Position numbers and translations under genes: made by a program. The notes under the pieces were generated by a model. It did not search any database. It was given only the letters and a program-made list of their open reading frames with translations, and was not told the origin of the DNA. Positions 1 through 8,472 of a stretch of 36,480 nucleotides of DNA are shown here, piece after piece (position 1 is the first letter of the stretch; each line of letters starts with the position of its first letter). Source of the DNA: a virus (Duplodnaviria > Caudoviricetes); the IMG/VR virus record IMGVR_UViG_3300005573_000188, positions 1 to 36,480 of that record; one strand, written 5' to 3'.

Positions 1-121
1 GAGCGGCCCGGTTTATGGCTATAGCTATTTTGACCAGTATTCCTTCCGGCTGACTTCGCCTCCGAATAAAGGGGATGTCCTGATCCTTTCAAGCGGCCTC
101 GGGAAGCGGCACATGATTAAA
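1..121. repeat. Terminal direct repeat, copy 1 (circular assembly overlap)
   Basis: 1-121 is identical to 36360-36480, and an ORF reads in frame through the join. Confidence 0.97.
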
Positions 122-184
122 GTTCCGTGGTCTTTTTTCGGCAACGACCCCAACCTGGCAAGCGGGACTGAGGCGACTCGATAG
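122..184 (+). CDS. 3' end of the junction-spanning secreted protein that starts at 35905
   Basis: After removing the overlap the frame continues VPWSFFGNDPNLASGTEATR to TAG at 182-184, convergent with the tape measure stop at 186. Confidence 0.75.
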   Translation, partial: VPWSFFGNDPNLASGTEATR

Positions 185-185
185 C

Positions 186-2411
186 CTAAATCTTGTTCAT
201 CAGTCGGAGTTGTCGTGTGAACTCGCGTCGTCCAGCAGCGGCGTTCTTCCGGTACATCCCGGCCACACTGGCTCCGTCAATGCCGCTGAGGTTTGTGTGG
301 TCGTGGTAATGGACCGCGCCCCCTCCCGCTCCGTTGTTCGCGGCGTTCGTCAACATGGAAGTGAGGCTCTGAGGCAGGACGGCCTCGCCGCCATGCGCCA
401 GAATCGGAACTGCCGATCCTATGGAGCCCGGAACCAGGCCGCCTTTCTCGAACGCGCCCGCCAAGTGCATGATGCCCGCGAACGCGGCCGCACCAGCGGC
501 GACGCCCAGCGCGGGGCCAATGACCGGGATATCGGCCATCGCTGTCCATGCCTTCGCCGCGCCGATGGCCGCAAATTTCGCAATGGTCCCAAAGGCGTGG
601 GCAGTCTCGATGGCCGCAGTTCTCGCCTCGGCCATCAGCGTAGAGGCTACTCGCTTTAGGTTGCCCTCCTCAGTCGCAAGGGTCTTTCTCAATTCAGCCG
701 CGATGTGAGCTTCGACTGTCTTCAGCTCATAGTTGATCGCCATCATCGCTAACTGGTCATACATCCGCTGGAAGGCGACACCCATGCGCAGCCCGCTCTG
801 AAGCCAGTGATCCGTAAACTGATTGAGCGGCCCGGTCATGTTCTGAAACATGCGCTGGTAGTGCTGCTGGTTCTGCATCTGCTCCTGCATCGAAATCTGC
901 TGGAGCTTTGCCACCGTCTGGAGCCGCACCTGGACGATCTTGTTCTGAAGCTGCTGGTATTCGGCGAACTGCTTCTGGCTCGTCGAAAAGACGCCTTCGG
1001 GTGCCACCTGGTTCTGCGTGGCGCGGAGTCCGGAGATCTTGCTGTTCGCGTTCGCGTTGACCGCCGCGCTCTCCTGAGCCGCAGCCTGAGCGGGTGAAAG
1101 CTGCCCCATGCGCTCCCGGAATTGAATGATCCGCAGCGAAGACAGGCTACTGCTGCTCTCGACAGGCGGAAGGCCGGTGTGCACGTGGGCGGCGGGATTG
1201 AGTAGGCCGGTGAGCGGAACCCTCCGGTCGAGCGTTGCGGCCCTGCTCCTCGCGGCCCGCTGCTGCTCATCCCAGATAACACTATGCGGCGCGGGTGTGC
1301 CGAACAAGAGTTCGTGCGCCGTCATGCCGGAGAATGGGGCGGCTGCGCCGGACGCGGTTACTGTACCAGATGTGGTACGCGCGGCCTTTGTGGCGTTAAT
1401 CAGGTCTACAGCCGCCTTCATGTTGGCGTCGGCTATGTTTCCCTGAATCTGGGCGATCTGCTCCTGATCGTTTGCCACTTTCTTTTTGGCGAGTTCTGCC
1501 TGCGGAGTGAGCCGGGTTCCAACCTGTATAAATCCGTAGCCGGTATTGGCGAGGATAGGTTCCGTTGCCTTGGCGGCCTTTTGGTCGGCGCTGAGGCTGT
1601 CTTCGAGCGGCCCCAGCATCGCCGCCTGCTTGGCTGCGAACTGCTTTTCCATCGATGCGCGGTATCTGTCTTCCGCAGGCTGCCCTTGCGTGGCCCCGAT
1701 GTATTGCGCTTCCACGTTCTGGTGCTGCGTGGCGAACTTGTCCGCATCCTGCGCCAGCTTCAGAGCCTCGTCGTCTGCCTGCTTAGTGGCCGCCGCGAGG
1801 CCGGTCATCTGGCCTATGGCTCCTTCGAGCCAGCTTGTATTCAGCTCGGAGGCCAAATCCTCGGCGTTTGACGCGAATTTATAGATCGCCCTTCCGGCCA
1901 TCAATGCCATTTGGACAAACGCGCCCACGACCGCTACGTCGAACGCGGCTGCGATGACTCCCTGCATGGCCGGGAACTGGCTCGCAAAATCCGCCATGGC
2001 GCGCGCGGCTCCGTATGTGCTTCCCATGAAGACGCGGCCTGCGTCGACCGCCTGGCGCTTCGCTTCGGCGTTGGACAGGGTAGCGCCCGTGTTCTCGGTA
2101 ATCGCGTCAGTCTCTTCCGCAGTTGCGCTGACGTTCGAGCGCTGTGCCGCCGAGAACTCGCGCAAGGCCATGGTTGCCTGCGCGAGAGACGCCTTGGCGG
2201 AGTCCACGGCGGCCTGATACTCGGCCATCATTGCCTGCGCTTGCGCCACGATATGTTGATCGCTACTGCCTAAGGCAGATGCAAGTTCCTTGTATGCCTC
2301 TTCCATCTGCGCGGTTGCGCTCTTGACCGCCTCCGCAGCGACCTTCTGCTGTTCGGTAAGCTGCGTGAAGTCGGCCTTGACGCCCACGGAAATCAGATAT
2401 TCGTTTGCCAT
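186..2411 (-). CDS. Tail tape measure protein
   Basis: About 741 aa, Ala/Gln-rich and helical, directly after the tail chaperones. C-terminal FEKGGLVPG..PILAHGGEAVLP is typical of TMP ends. GGAGA precedes ATG 2411 (MANEYLISVGVKAD). Confidence 0.9.
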   Translation of the reverse strand: MANEYLISVGVKADFTQLTEQQKVAAEAVKSATAQMEEAYKELASALGSSDQHIVAQAQAMMAEYQAAVDSAKASLAQATMALREFSAAQRSNVSATAEETDAITENTGATLSNAEAKRQAVDAGRVFMGSTYGAARAMADFASQFPAMQGVIAAAFDVAVVGAFVQMALMAGRAIYKFASNAEDLASELNTSWLEGAIGQMTGLAAATKQADDEALKLAQDADKFATQHQNVEAQYIGATQGQPAEDRYRASMEKQFAAKQAAMLGPLEDSLSADQKAAKATEPILANTGYGFIQVGTRLTPQAELAKKKVANDQEQIAQIQGNIADANMKAAVDLINATKAARTTSGTVTASGAAAPFSGMTAHELLFGTPAPHSVIWDEQQRAARSRAATLDRRVPLTGLLNPAAHVHTGLPPVESSSSLSSLRIIQFRERMGQLSPAQAAAQESAAVNANANSKISGLRATQNQVAPEGVFSTSQKQFAEYQQLQNKIVQVRLQTVAKLQQISMQEQMQNQQHYQRMFQNMTGPLNQFTDHWLQSGLRMGVAFQRMYDQLAMMAINYELKTVEAHIAAELRKTLATEEGNLKRVASTLMAEARTAAIETAHAFGTIAKFAAIGAAKAWTAMADIPVIGPALGVAAGAAAFAGIMHLAGAFEKGGLVPGSIGSAVPILAHGGEAVLPQSLTSMLTNAANNGAGGGAVHYHDHTNLSGIDGASVAGMYRKNAAAGRREFTRQLRLMNKI

Positions 2412-2436
2412 CGTGTCTCCGGCGTGAGGGCAAGCG

Positions 2437-2628
2437 TCACCACTTGCCCTCGGGGTACTCAAAGAAGCGTGAAATCATCCAGCGAAGCGGAGGGTGTTCA
2501 GCCCATGCGTTGATGAGCGCCACCACTTCCGGGAACGGGATCTCCCATGCCTGAATCGGGTCGATGCCGCCGTCGGTCACCAGCCGCGCCCAGAGCATGA
2601 GGAAATCTACTGGATCGTCACCGCTTCC
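2437..2628 (-). CDS. Tail assembly chaperone, -1 frameshift extension (gpGT-like)
   Basis: The -1 frame is open from slippery GGGGGAA (2625-2631) to TGA at 2437: GSGDDPVDFLMLWARLVTDGGIDPIQAWEIPFPEVVALINAWAEHPPLRWMISRFFEYPEGKW. Confidence 0.75.
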   Translation of the reverse strand, partial: GSGDDPVDFLMLWARLVTDGGIDPIQAWEIPFPEVVALINAWAEHPPLRWMISRFFEYPEGKW

Positions 2629-2885
2629 CCCAGCGTGATCCCACTCACCTCCGCGACCTTGGCGAATAGCTCATTGGCTTCGGCGACGGTGAACTCGTCC
2701 TCGAACCATGCGGCGGTCAGCGGCGTCGAATCATGAGTGCGGCCGTTGTTCATCGCATCGACGCAGGCGTTGACCGTCGCGTCGAGCGCGCTGCCAGCGG
2801 TGACCTTCTCCGTCATCCTGCGCAATTGGCCCATCTTCAACGCGCCGATCTCGACGACGCGCCCGGTAAGTAGTGTGACCTTCAT
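2607..2885 (-). CDS. Tail assembly chaperone (gpG-like)
   Basis: 92 aa between tail tube and TMP, GGAGG SD, ends CTG GGG GAA GCG (slippery site). Confidence 0.8.
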   Translation of the reverse strand: MKVTLLTGRVVEIGALKMGQLRRMTEKVTAGSALDATVNACVDAMNNGRTHDSTPLTAAWFEDEFTVAEANELFAKVAEVSGITLGEAVTIQ

Positions 2886-2955
2886 GACTGCCTCCGTGCT
2901 TCAGGTTGGAAATTGGCCGGAGGTGGTTGTCCGCCGGCCAAATGGTAAGGAATGC

Positions 2956-3705
2956 TTACAGGTTGGCGTAGTAGTCCGCGTACAGAACGCCGCTGCCAGG
3001 ATCAAAGACGCTGAAGTCAAACTCAGGAATGGTGATCTCGCCCTGCTTGAAGTCCATCATCAGCTTCGAACTGGAGCACTTGAAGAGCCGCTTGCCATAG
3101 CCGCCGTCCGTCGGATTTGCCAGGAAAATCTCGAAGTAAGGCGATTCTTGCTGGAGGCTGGTCGGGACCGCAACCGTGAGGCCGGTGACGACGCTGTAGG
3201 TGTAATTGATAATGACAGGCACTCCCGCGTCGGCGGCGGCGAAGGTGTAGGTTCCGGTCGTTGGGTCCACTGAGTATTCGCCCTGCGTGGGTGTTACCGT
3301 GACGAGCTTCAGGGAGACGCCGGTCGCGCCGTAGCTGACGCCGTAATCCTCGACGAAGTTGCTGGCGGCGAAGTTGTTGGCGACGACGGAATAAGGGGTG
3401 GCCGAGGGGATGGTGTGGACCTCGCCGAACGATGGAAGGACCGCCCCGGTCGTCGCCGTGGTGCCGTGATAGAGTTCCGCGAAGATGCTGCCGTCGATGG
3501 TGGCATTCTTGGCTTTGCCCTCTACCTTGCGCTGACCACGGAAGCCGCGCACCGGAGCGGAGCCGGGACCGTAGAGCAGCTTCTCGGAGAAGCTGTCGTC
3601 AAGCGAAACGTCCTGAAGTTGGCCGAATACCCTCGGCGTGGGGTTGGGGTTGGCAGTCGTAGCGGCTGCACGCCCTGAAAGATAACCTGCACCAAACGTA
3701 TTCAT
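2956..3705 (-). CDS. Major tail (tube) protein
   Basis: 249 aa, beta-rich in T/G/S/V, placed after neck genes and before chaperones, AGGAG SD. Confidence 0.8.
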   Translation of the reverse strand: MNTFGAGYLSGRAAATTANPNPTPRVFGQLQDVSLDDSFSEKLLYGPGSAPVRGFRGQRKVEGKAKNATIDGSIFAELYHGTTATTGAVLPSFGEVHTIPSATPYSVVANNFAASNFVEDYGVSYGATGVSLKLVTVTPTQGEYSVDPTTGTYTFAAADAGVPVIINYTYSVVTGLTVAVPTSLQQESPYFEIFLANPTDGGYGKRLFKCSSSKLMMDFKQGEITIPEFDFSVFDPGSGVLYADYYANL

Positions 3706-3718
3706 AGCTCAAAACTCC

Positions 3719-4234
3719 TTAAATTGTGAGGATTGTGAAGGGAACAACTGCGATGGAAAGCTGCGTGCCTGCTCCGGGGAGGCCAGCTGCACGCTCGACT
3801 TTGCCGGTGGCGACGACGGAATCCACCAGGCCGCCGAGATTCTGCTTTTGTCCCGGCTGCTCCGGCGCGACGGCTCGCAAGAGGCCCGTGATGGCAAGGT
3901 TGAGTTCCCGCGAGGGGATCTGCGTCTCCTGTCCGACGGGCTGTTTTGCTCCGGCAGAGGAGACGATTACGACCAGATCGACGCGCAGCGTATACTTGCT
4001 CCGCGCCTGCACGGTCGTAATGGCTGGCGCGATCTCAAATGGCAATTCCTCCTGAAACAGCGCCGGGAGCTGTCCCTGCGTGAGTTGCGCCCAGTCGCGG
4101 GGAACTCTCGACTGGACCGCGAACGTGGTGGGATTGCCGGTGGATGGGTCAGTCCAAACCGGGGCGTTCGCGCCGGATACCAGAGCGAAGAATGCCGCGT
4201 AGATGGGTTCGAGGTCGATGACTCCGTTATTCAC
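3719..4234 (-). CDS. Putative tail terminator/neck protein
   Basis: Synteny. GTG at 4234 has a GGAGG SD and overlaps the upstream gene end. Confidence 0.6.
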   Translation of the reverse strand: MNNGVIDLEPIYAAFFALVSGANAPVWTDPSTGNPTTFAVQSRVPRDWAQLTQGQLPALFQEELPFEIAPAITTVQARSKYTLRVDLVVIVSSAGAKQPVGQETQIPSRELNLAITGLLRAVAPEQPGQKQNLGGLVDSVVATGKVERAAGLPGAGTQLSIAVVPFTILTI

Positions 4235-4736
4235 TGGCTCTCCCTCCGATGGCTGCCGCAATGTTCTCCACGATCTGCGCGGCCTGTTCTTCAAGTGCCG
4301 CCGTCAGGTACGGGCGTGCGGGGAATTTCGAGCCGGGGTGGTTGACGCTGCGCCGGTAGACGACGTGTCCATCCATCACGAAGCGCAGCATCTTGGCGTT
4401 CCGGGCCTCGATGACATGCGCTCGCGTTGTGCCGCCTTCGTGCAGGATGCGCGCGTATTTTGCTGCCGTGGAGAGCTTGGGGATTCCGACCGATCCCATT
4501 ACGACCGGGCCTTCAAATATCGCCTCCGGCGTAACGGAACGCGCTAGATTGCCGCTTCTTTGTCGAAGCGTCGTCGGCCCTGTTGGACCGTGGAGATGGG
4601 CGCTTTTGGTGTAGGTGGAAAGCTCGACCATTTCCTCGCCCATGGACTTGTAGGCCCTCATCATCGCCCGGTAGACGCCGCCCTCGAGCCCGGCAACAAC
4701 TTCGGGAACGCCAACAACTTCGAGTGCCAGCCTCAT
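4227..4736 (-). CDS. HK97 gp10-like tail completion/neck protein
   Basis: RSGNLARSV, YARILHEGG and PARPYLTAAL motifs resemble this family. Confidence 0.7.
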   Translation of the reverse strand: MRLALEVVGVPEVVAGLEGGVYRAMMRAYKSMGEEMVELSTYTKSAHLHGPTGPTTLRQRSGNLARSVTPEAIFEGPVVMGSVGIPKLSTAAKYARILHEGGTTRAHVIEARNAKMLRFVMDGHVVYRRSVNHPGSKFPARPYLTAALEEQAAQIVENIAAAIGGRASE

Positions 4737-5287
4737 ACGCCCACCACCGTGCTGCTTTTGTAGGAGTTGATGACGTTCTGGACGCCCGGCGCCAAGTCCT
4801 TCTGCGTGAAGCTGACAGTGGTGATGCCGTTCATGTTTTGTGTGGTAGTGCCAAGATTCGGCTGTCGGCGCAGCGTGAGTGCAACCTGGTCGATGACGGC
4901 CTGCTCAATATCAAGGGGAACGGTCGGATATCCCGCCTCGTAGACGAGCTGAACGTTGCCGCGCCCGCGCCGGAAGCGATACCCGGTGAGCCAGATGGTG
5001 AAGCTGTCGTTCACATATCCGGGAGTTCCTTGGGTCGATGCCGGAACGGCGACATTATCCACCGTTACCGAGGTGATGCTCTGAATAGGCCAGTAGATCG
5101 GCGTGATGGAATCGCCGCCCTGCCCGTTCCTCTGTTCCGTGTACGTCGAGGTGATGAGTGCGCCCCGGTTCACCTGGTTGAGGAACCACTCGGAGAATGC
5201 TGAAATCAAGCGCGACAGCACCACGTCGGAGCTGGTGTCGGTGATCTGCATATAGCTCTTGACGTTTTCGAGCGTGGTTAAATCCAT
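4733..5287 (-). CDS. Head-tail connector (gp6/gp15-like adaptor)
   Basis: Starts MDLTTLENVKSYMQI, has YEAGYPTVPLDIEQAV motif, directly after the capsid gene. Confidence 0.8.
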   Translation of the reverse strand: MDLTTLENVKSYMQITDTSSDVVLSRLISAFSEWFLNQVNRGALITSTYTEQRNGQGGDSITPIYWPIQSITSVTVDNVAVPASTQGTPGYVNDSFTIWLTGYRFRRGRGNVQLVYEAGYPTVPLDIEQAVIDQVALTLRRQPNLGTTTQNMNGITTVSFTQKDLAPGVQNVINSYKSSTVVGV

Positions 5288-5301
5288 GGCATTCTCCGGT
5301 G

Positions 5302-5395
5302 AAAAAGGGGTGGCGAGCCAGCCGGGCGGAGGCAACCCAAGGCTGGCCCACCGTGCCGGGTCCGTGCTGGCGCGGCACCGGACCCAACGGCTACG
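5302..5395 (-). terminator. Probable intrinsic terminator/structured spacer after the major capsid gene
   Basis: The minus strand has two GC-rich stems (GGGTCCG..CGGACCC and GGGCCAGCC..GGCTGGCTC) followed by CCCCTTTTT. Confidence 0.5.
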
Positions 5396-5398
5396 GCC

Positions 5399-6889
5399 TT
5401 AGTTCTGGCCGATGTTCTGGATCAGCCCGAACGCGAACGGCGCATAGGCGACCATGGCTGCTGTGAGGTACTGGCCGTGCCCATACACACGCGTCGTCGG
5501 AACCCATTCGTACTCGCGCCAGTCGGCAACGCGCGCCTGAAGGCGATACGGGACGGGAACGTTGGCCGTGTGGTAAGGCAGCGTCCGGGAGTTGATGAAG
5601 GCCGTTCCCTGCGGAAACCAGGGATGGACGATCATCTTGATGAGGCGTTTGGTGATCGGGTTGATGTAGCTGCCGACCGTGCCGCCGCCGACCACATCCA
5701 CGGCGCCGGTCTTGGCGTCGAGGTTGAAGCGGTAGAGCGGAGCGCCCCCACCGGCGAGCACCTTTTTGTTGGCAGACTGCATCGTGCCGGCATCGAGGTA
5801 CATCTCTTCCGGGTCGAGTTTGTTGGTGTCGTACATCGACGCCAGCGCCACGTCGAACTCGGTGATTCCAGCCGAGCCGTTCGAGGTGAGGTTCGCGCCG
5901 TCGAGCGACTTGACATAGGAGCCGCTGCCCGGCTGCTGGACCTGGGTGATGAGGCCGTCGAAGATGTAGCTGTCGATGGAGTTGTCGGAGGTGATCGCCG
6001 TCGCCAGCTGCGTGCCAGCCGGAGGAGCGGTCAGGACGAAGCTGTTGACCGGCGTCACGCCCGCAAGGTAGGCCGATCCCTTCGAGGTGCCCACATACCA
6101 CGCATAGCCGAACGCGCCCGGTACATACGCGCAGGACATCGCCAGGCTTCCGGCCGCGCTGAGAGTGACGGAATTCGACTGCGCGGAGATGTTGGAACTG
6201 CCCCCGTTGGTCGTGGTGGTAGAGTTGTCCGCGTTGGTGCGCGTGGTCGTGGGTGCGACTCCGCCGCTCACCGATGCGTTGCGCAGGCCGTTGTACGTCA
6301 GCGCGACAACCCACCCATAATAGGTGGCCGCAGCGACCGTGCCAGCTGCGCCGCCGTTGTTGGTCAACGTTGGAGCGGCAGGCGTTCCGAGCGCCGTCTG
6401 TGCGCTGCCTCCGGCAATCGAGATGTTGCCGCCGTTGCCGAAAAGCACCGTGCGCTCTTCCTCCATGAGGTTCGAGTTGAGGAGCGAAGTGGTGCGGATG
6501 GCGCGGGCATTGTCGAAGCCCTCAGCCGCGTCCTCGGCCTCGAACGTCAAGTTGGCTTCCTGGCCGATGGTGCGGTAGGAAGCCGAGAAGTCCTGCTCCA
6601 CGACAGAGATGTTTCCGCCGCGCTGGCCTTCCGCGATGCCGATGCCTCCGGAGGTCGGGTTGACGCCCAGCATGCGTTTGGCATTGAGCGCCGAGCCGCC
6701 AATCTTCGAGATTTTGCGGGGGAGCGCGGTGTTGCGGAACGGAGCCAGAACCGGGTAAATCTGCTTTAGCAACGGCTCCAGGTCGTAGGCGAGAATGCCG
6801 GTGCTGGTGTCAATCGTCGCCTTGGAGGCCATCTGACCGCTCGCCTTGGCGATGATTTCCTCGATGCGGGTCATGTCTTGTCCAAACAT
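5399..6889 (-). CDS. Major capsid protein with a central Ig/FN3-like insertion
   Basis: 496 aa after the protease/scaffold, GAGGA SD. The central segment LGTPAAPTLT..TYYGWVVALT..YAWYVGT looks like an inserted beta-sandwich. Confidence 0.8.
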   Translation of the reverse strand: MFGQDMTRIEEIIAKASGQMASKATIDTSTGILAYDLEPLLKQIYPVLAPFRNTALPRKISKIGGSALNAKRMLGVNPTSGGIGIAEGQRGGNISVVEQDFSASYRTIGQEANLTFEAEDAAEGFDNARAIRTTSLLNSNLMEEERTVLFGNGGNISIAGGSAQTALGTPAAPTLTNNGGAAGTVAAATYYGWVVALTYNGLRNASVSGGVAPTTTRTNADNSTTTTNGGSSNISAQSNSVTLSAAGSLAMSCAYVPGAFGYAWYVGTSKGSAYLAGVTPVNSFVLTAPPAGTQLATAITSDNSIDSYIFDGLITQVQQPGSGSYVKSLDGANLTSNGSAGITEFDVALASMYDTNKLDPEEMYLDAGTMQSANKKVLAGGGAPLYRFNLDAKTGAVDVVGGGTVGSYINPITKRLIKMIVHPWFPQGTAFINSRTLPYHTANVPVPYRLQARVADWREYEWVPTTRVYGHGQYLTAAMVAYAPFAFGLIQNIGQN

Positions 6890-7026
6890 GTGTGTGTCCT
6901 CATTCCTCGAAGCGACGATGCGCTACGGGCGTTATGGTAGGTGGTTGAAGTTGTGCGCCGAGGATTCGTGCGAAAGGGCGCGGCATGAGCCGCACCCCCG
7001 GTTGTTACCCGGTAAGACCCGGATGT

Positions 7027-8472
7027 TTAACGTCCGATGCGAAGGGCTGTCGCTTCTCGCATCGTCACTGGCTGTGGGCGAGACAGGATCGATTTCGCAA
7101 CCTCCTCCGGGCCGGTCGCGGCGACTTCCTGCCTGCCTTCAACTTCTGCGGCCTTGGATACGGCCACAACGGCGGCTGCCGGAGTGACGCTCTTTGCGGG
7201 AACCGGCTCGCCCGCGATCAGACTGGTCAGGTCGCCGAGCGCCTTAACGATCTGCTCCATTCCCTTGTTGGTGGCTTCAGCCATTTCGAGTGCCTTGGCG
7301 GAATTCTGTTCAGCCGCGGCTACCTGGGCCTTCTCAGCTTCGGTCATGTCGTTTGCTCCTGTTTCCGGGCTTGCGCCCTTTGGTTTCGGCGCGCTGGCCG
7401 CCTTCGCGGACTTGTCGTCCGTCGAATCTTCGTTTGTGTCGTCGCCGTCGGTTGCGGTGTCGTCAGGATCGGCCCACGCGCTCAAGGCCTTCGTCGCCGT
7501 CTTGTGGGCCTTCCCGATGGCGTTGACGCACTCGGCGAGTCCAGCGTGGTCGCAGGTGCCGTTCAGGCAGTCGCCCATCGACCCCAGCGCCTTGATGCTC
7601 TTGCTGATGTTGTCGAGGCCGTCCGTCTTGGCCTTGGCATCCATCTCGCCGCCAGCGGCCTTCAGGCTCTCTTCGCTGACATCAATGCCATGCTTCTTGG
7701 CAGCCGCCATAATGCGCCCGCGTGCCGTCTTCTTCTCGATGGCATCGGGCATCGAAGTCTGGTCCCACCGGCTGATGGCATCCCGGATGTGATTCGCGGA
7801 CGATTCATTGGTGGAGAACTCAATCGGAAGGTGCCAGTCTTTCGGCTCATCCGATCCCTGATAGGCAAACGCGGACTTCGGGAGCTCCTCGCCGTCTACC
7901 TTCTTTGTCTTCTTGCTTTTCGCCTTTTCGGCTTCGGCCATCTCGCCCTCCTGGGCTTTGAATTTTCGTTGCTCGGTGATGCCGCCAGCCTTGACGGCGG
8001 TGAAAACAGCTTCCGGGTTGCATGGCAGGTCCACGAGGCTGAACTCGATGGGAGCGCAGGTGTAGAACTTTACTCCGGGATTGTCGGGATCGCTCCACTT
8101 CTCGCCCACCACCGGACCGCGAATCGAGTAGCCGGTGTAGGTTCCGTCGAGGCACTTCTGCCATGCATCGTCGTCGCTCACGTATGAGGTGAGAATGACG
8201 AGCTTCCGCGCATCGTCGAAGGTGATAGGCTCGGCCACCTTGCCAGCCGCACTGAGCTGGTGCATCTCGCGGATGTTGCCGTGGCTCTTGCCCTGCGACC
8301 TCTTGAGCGCAGACTGCGACCATGCCTCGATGTAGGGCTTCGAGGTCTCGTAGTGAAACCGCTCGCCCTCGTCATCGATGGCATCGCTGGTGCCAACGCC
8401 GGTGACGGTGCGCTTTTCCTCGTTGATTTTCGAGACTTGGCAGAAGAGTGCCTTCATCGCTTGCTGGCTCAT
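7027..8472 (-). CDS. Prohead protease fused to a DUF6582-like/scaffold region
   Basis: N-terminal IREMH, GYSIRG and EFSLVDLPCNP fit an HK97-type protease. LPKSAFAY..HIRDAISRW..AAAKKHGIDV and a charged tail follow. ATGA overlap with the portal stop. Confidence 0.8.
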   Translation of the reverse strand: MSQQAMKALFCQVSKINEEKRTVTGVGTSDAIDDEGERFHYETSKPYIEAWSQSALKRSQGKSHGNIREMHQLSAAGKVAEPITFDDARKLVILTSYVSDDDAWQKCLDGTYTGYSIRGPVVGEKWSDPDNPGVKFYTCAPIEFSLVDLPCNPEAVFTAVKAGGITEQRKFKAQEGEMAEAEKAKSKKTKKVDGEELPKSAFAYQGSDEPKDWHLPIEFSTNESSANHIRDAISRWDQTSMPDAIEKKTARGRIMAAAKKHGIDVSEESLKAAGGEMDAKAKTDGLDNISKSIKALGSMGDCLNGTCDHAGLAECVNAIGKAHKTATKALSAWADPDDTATDGDDTNEDSTDDKSAKAASAPKPKGASPETGANDMTEAEKAQVAAAEQNSAKALEMAEATNKGMEQIVKALGDLTSLIAGEPVPAKSVTPAAAVVAVSKAAEVEGRQEVAATGPEEVAKSILSRPQPVTMREATALRIGR

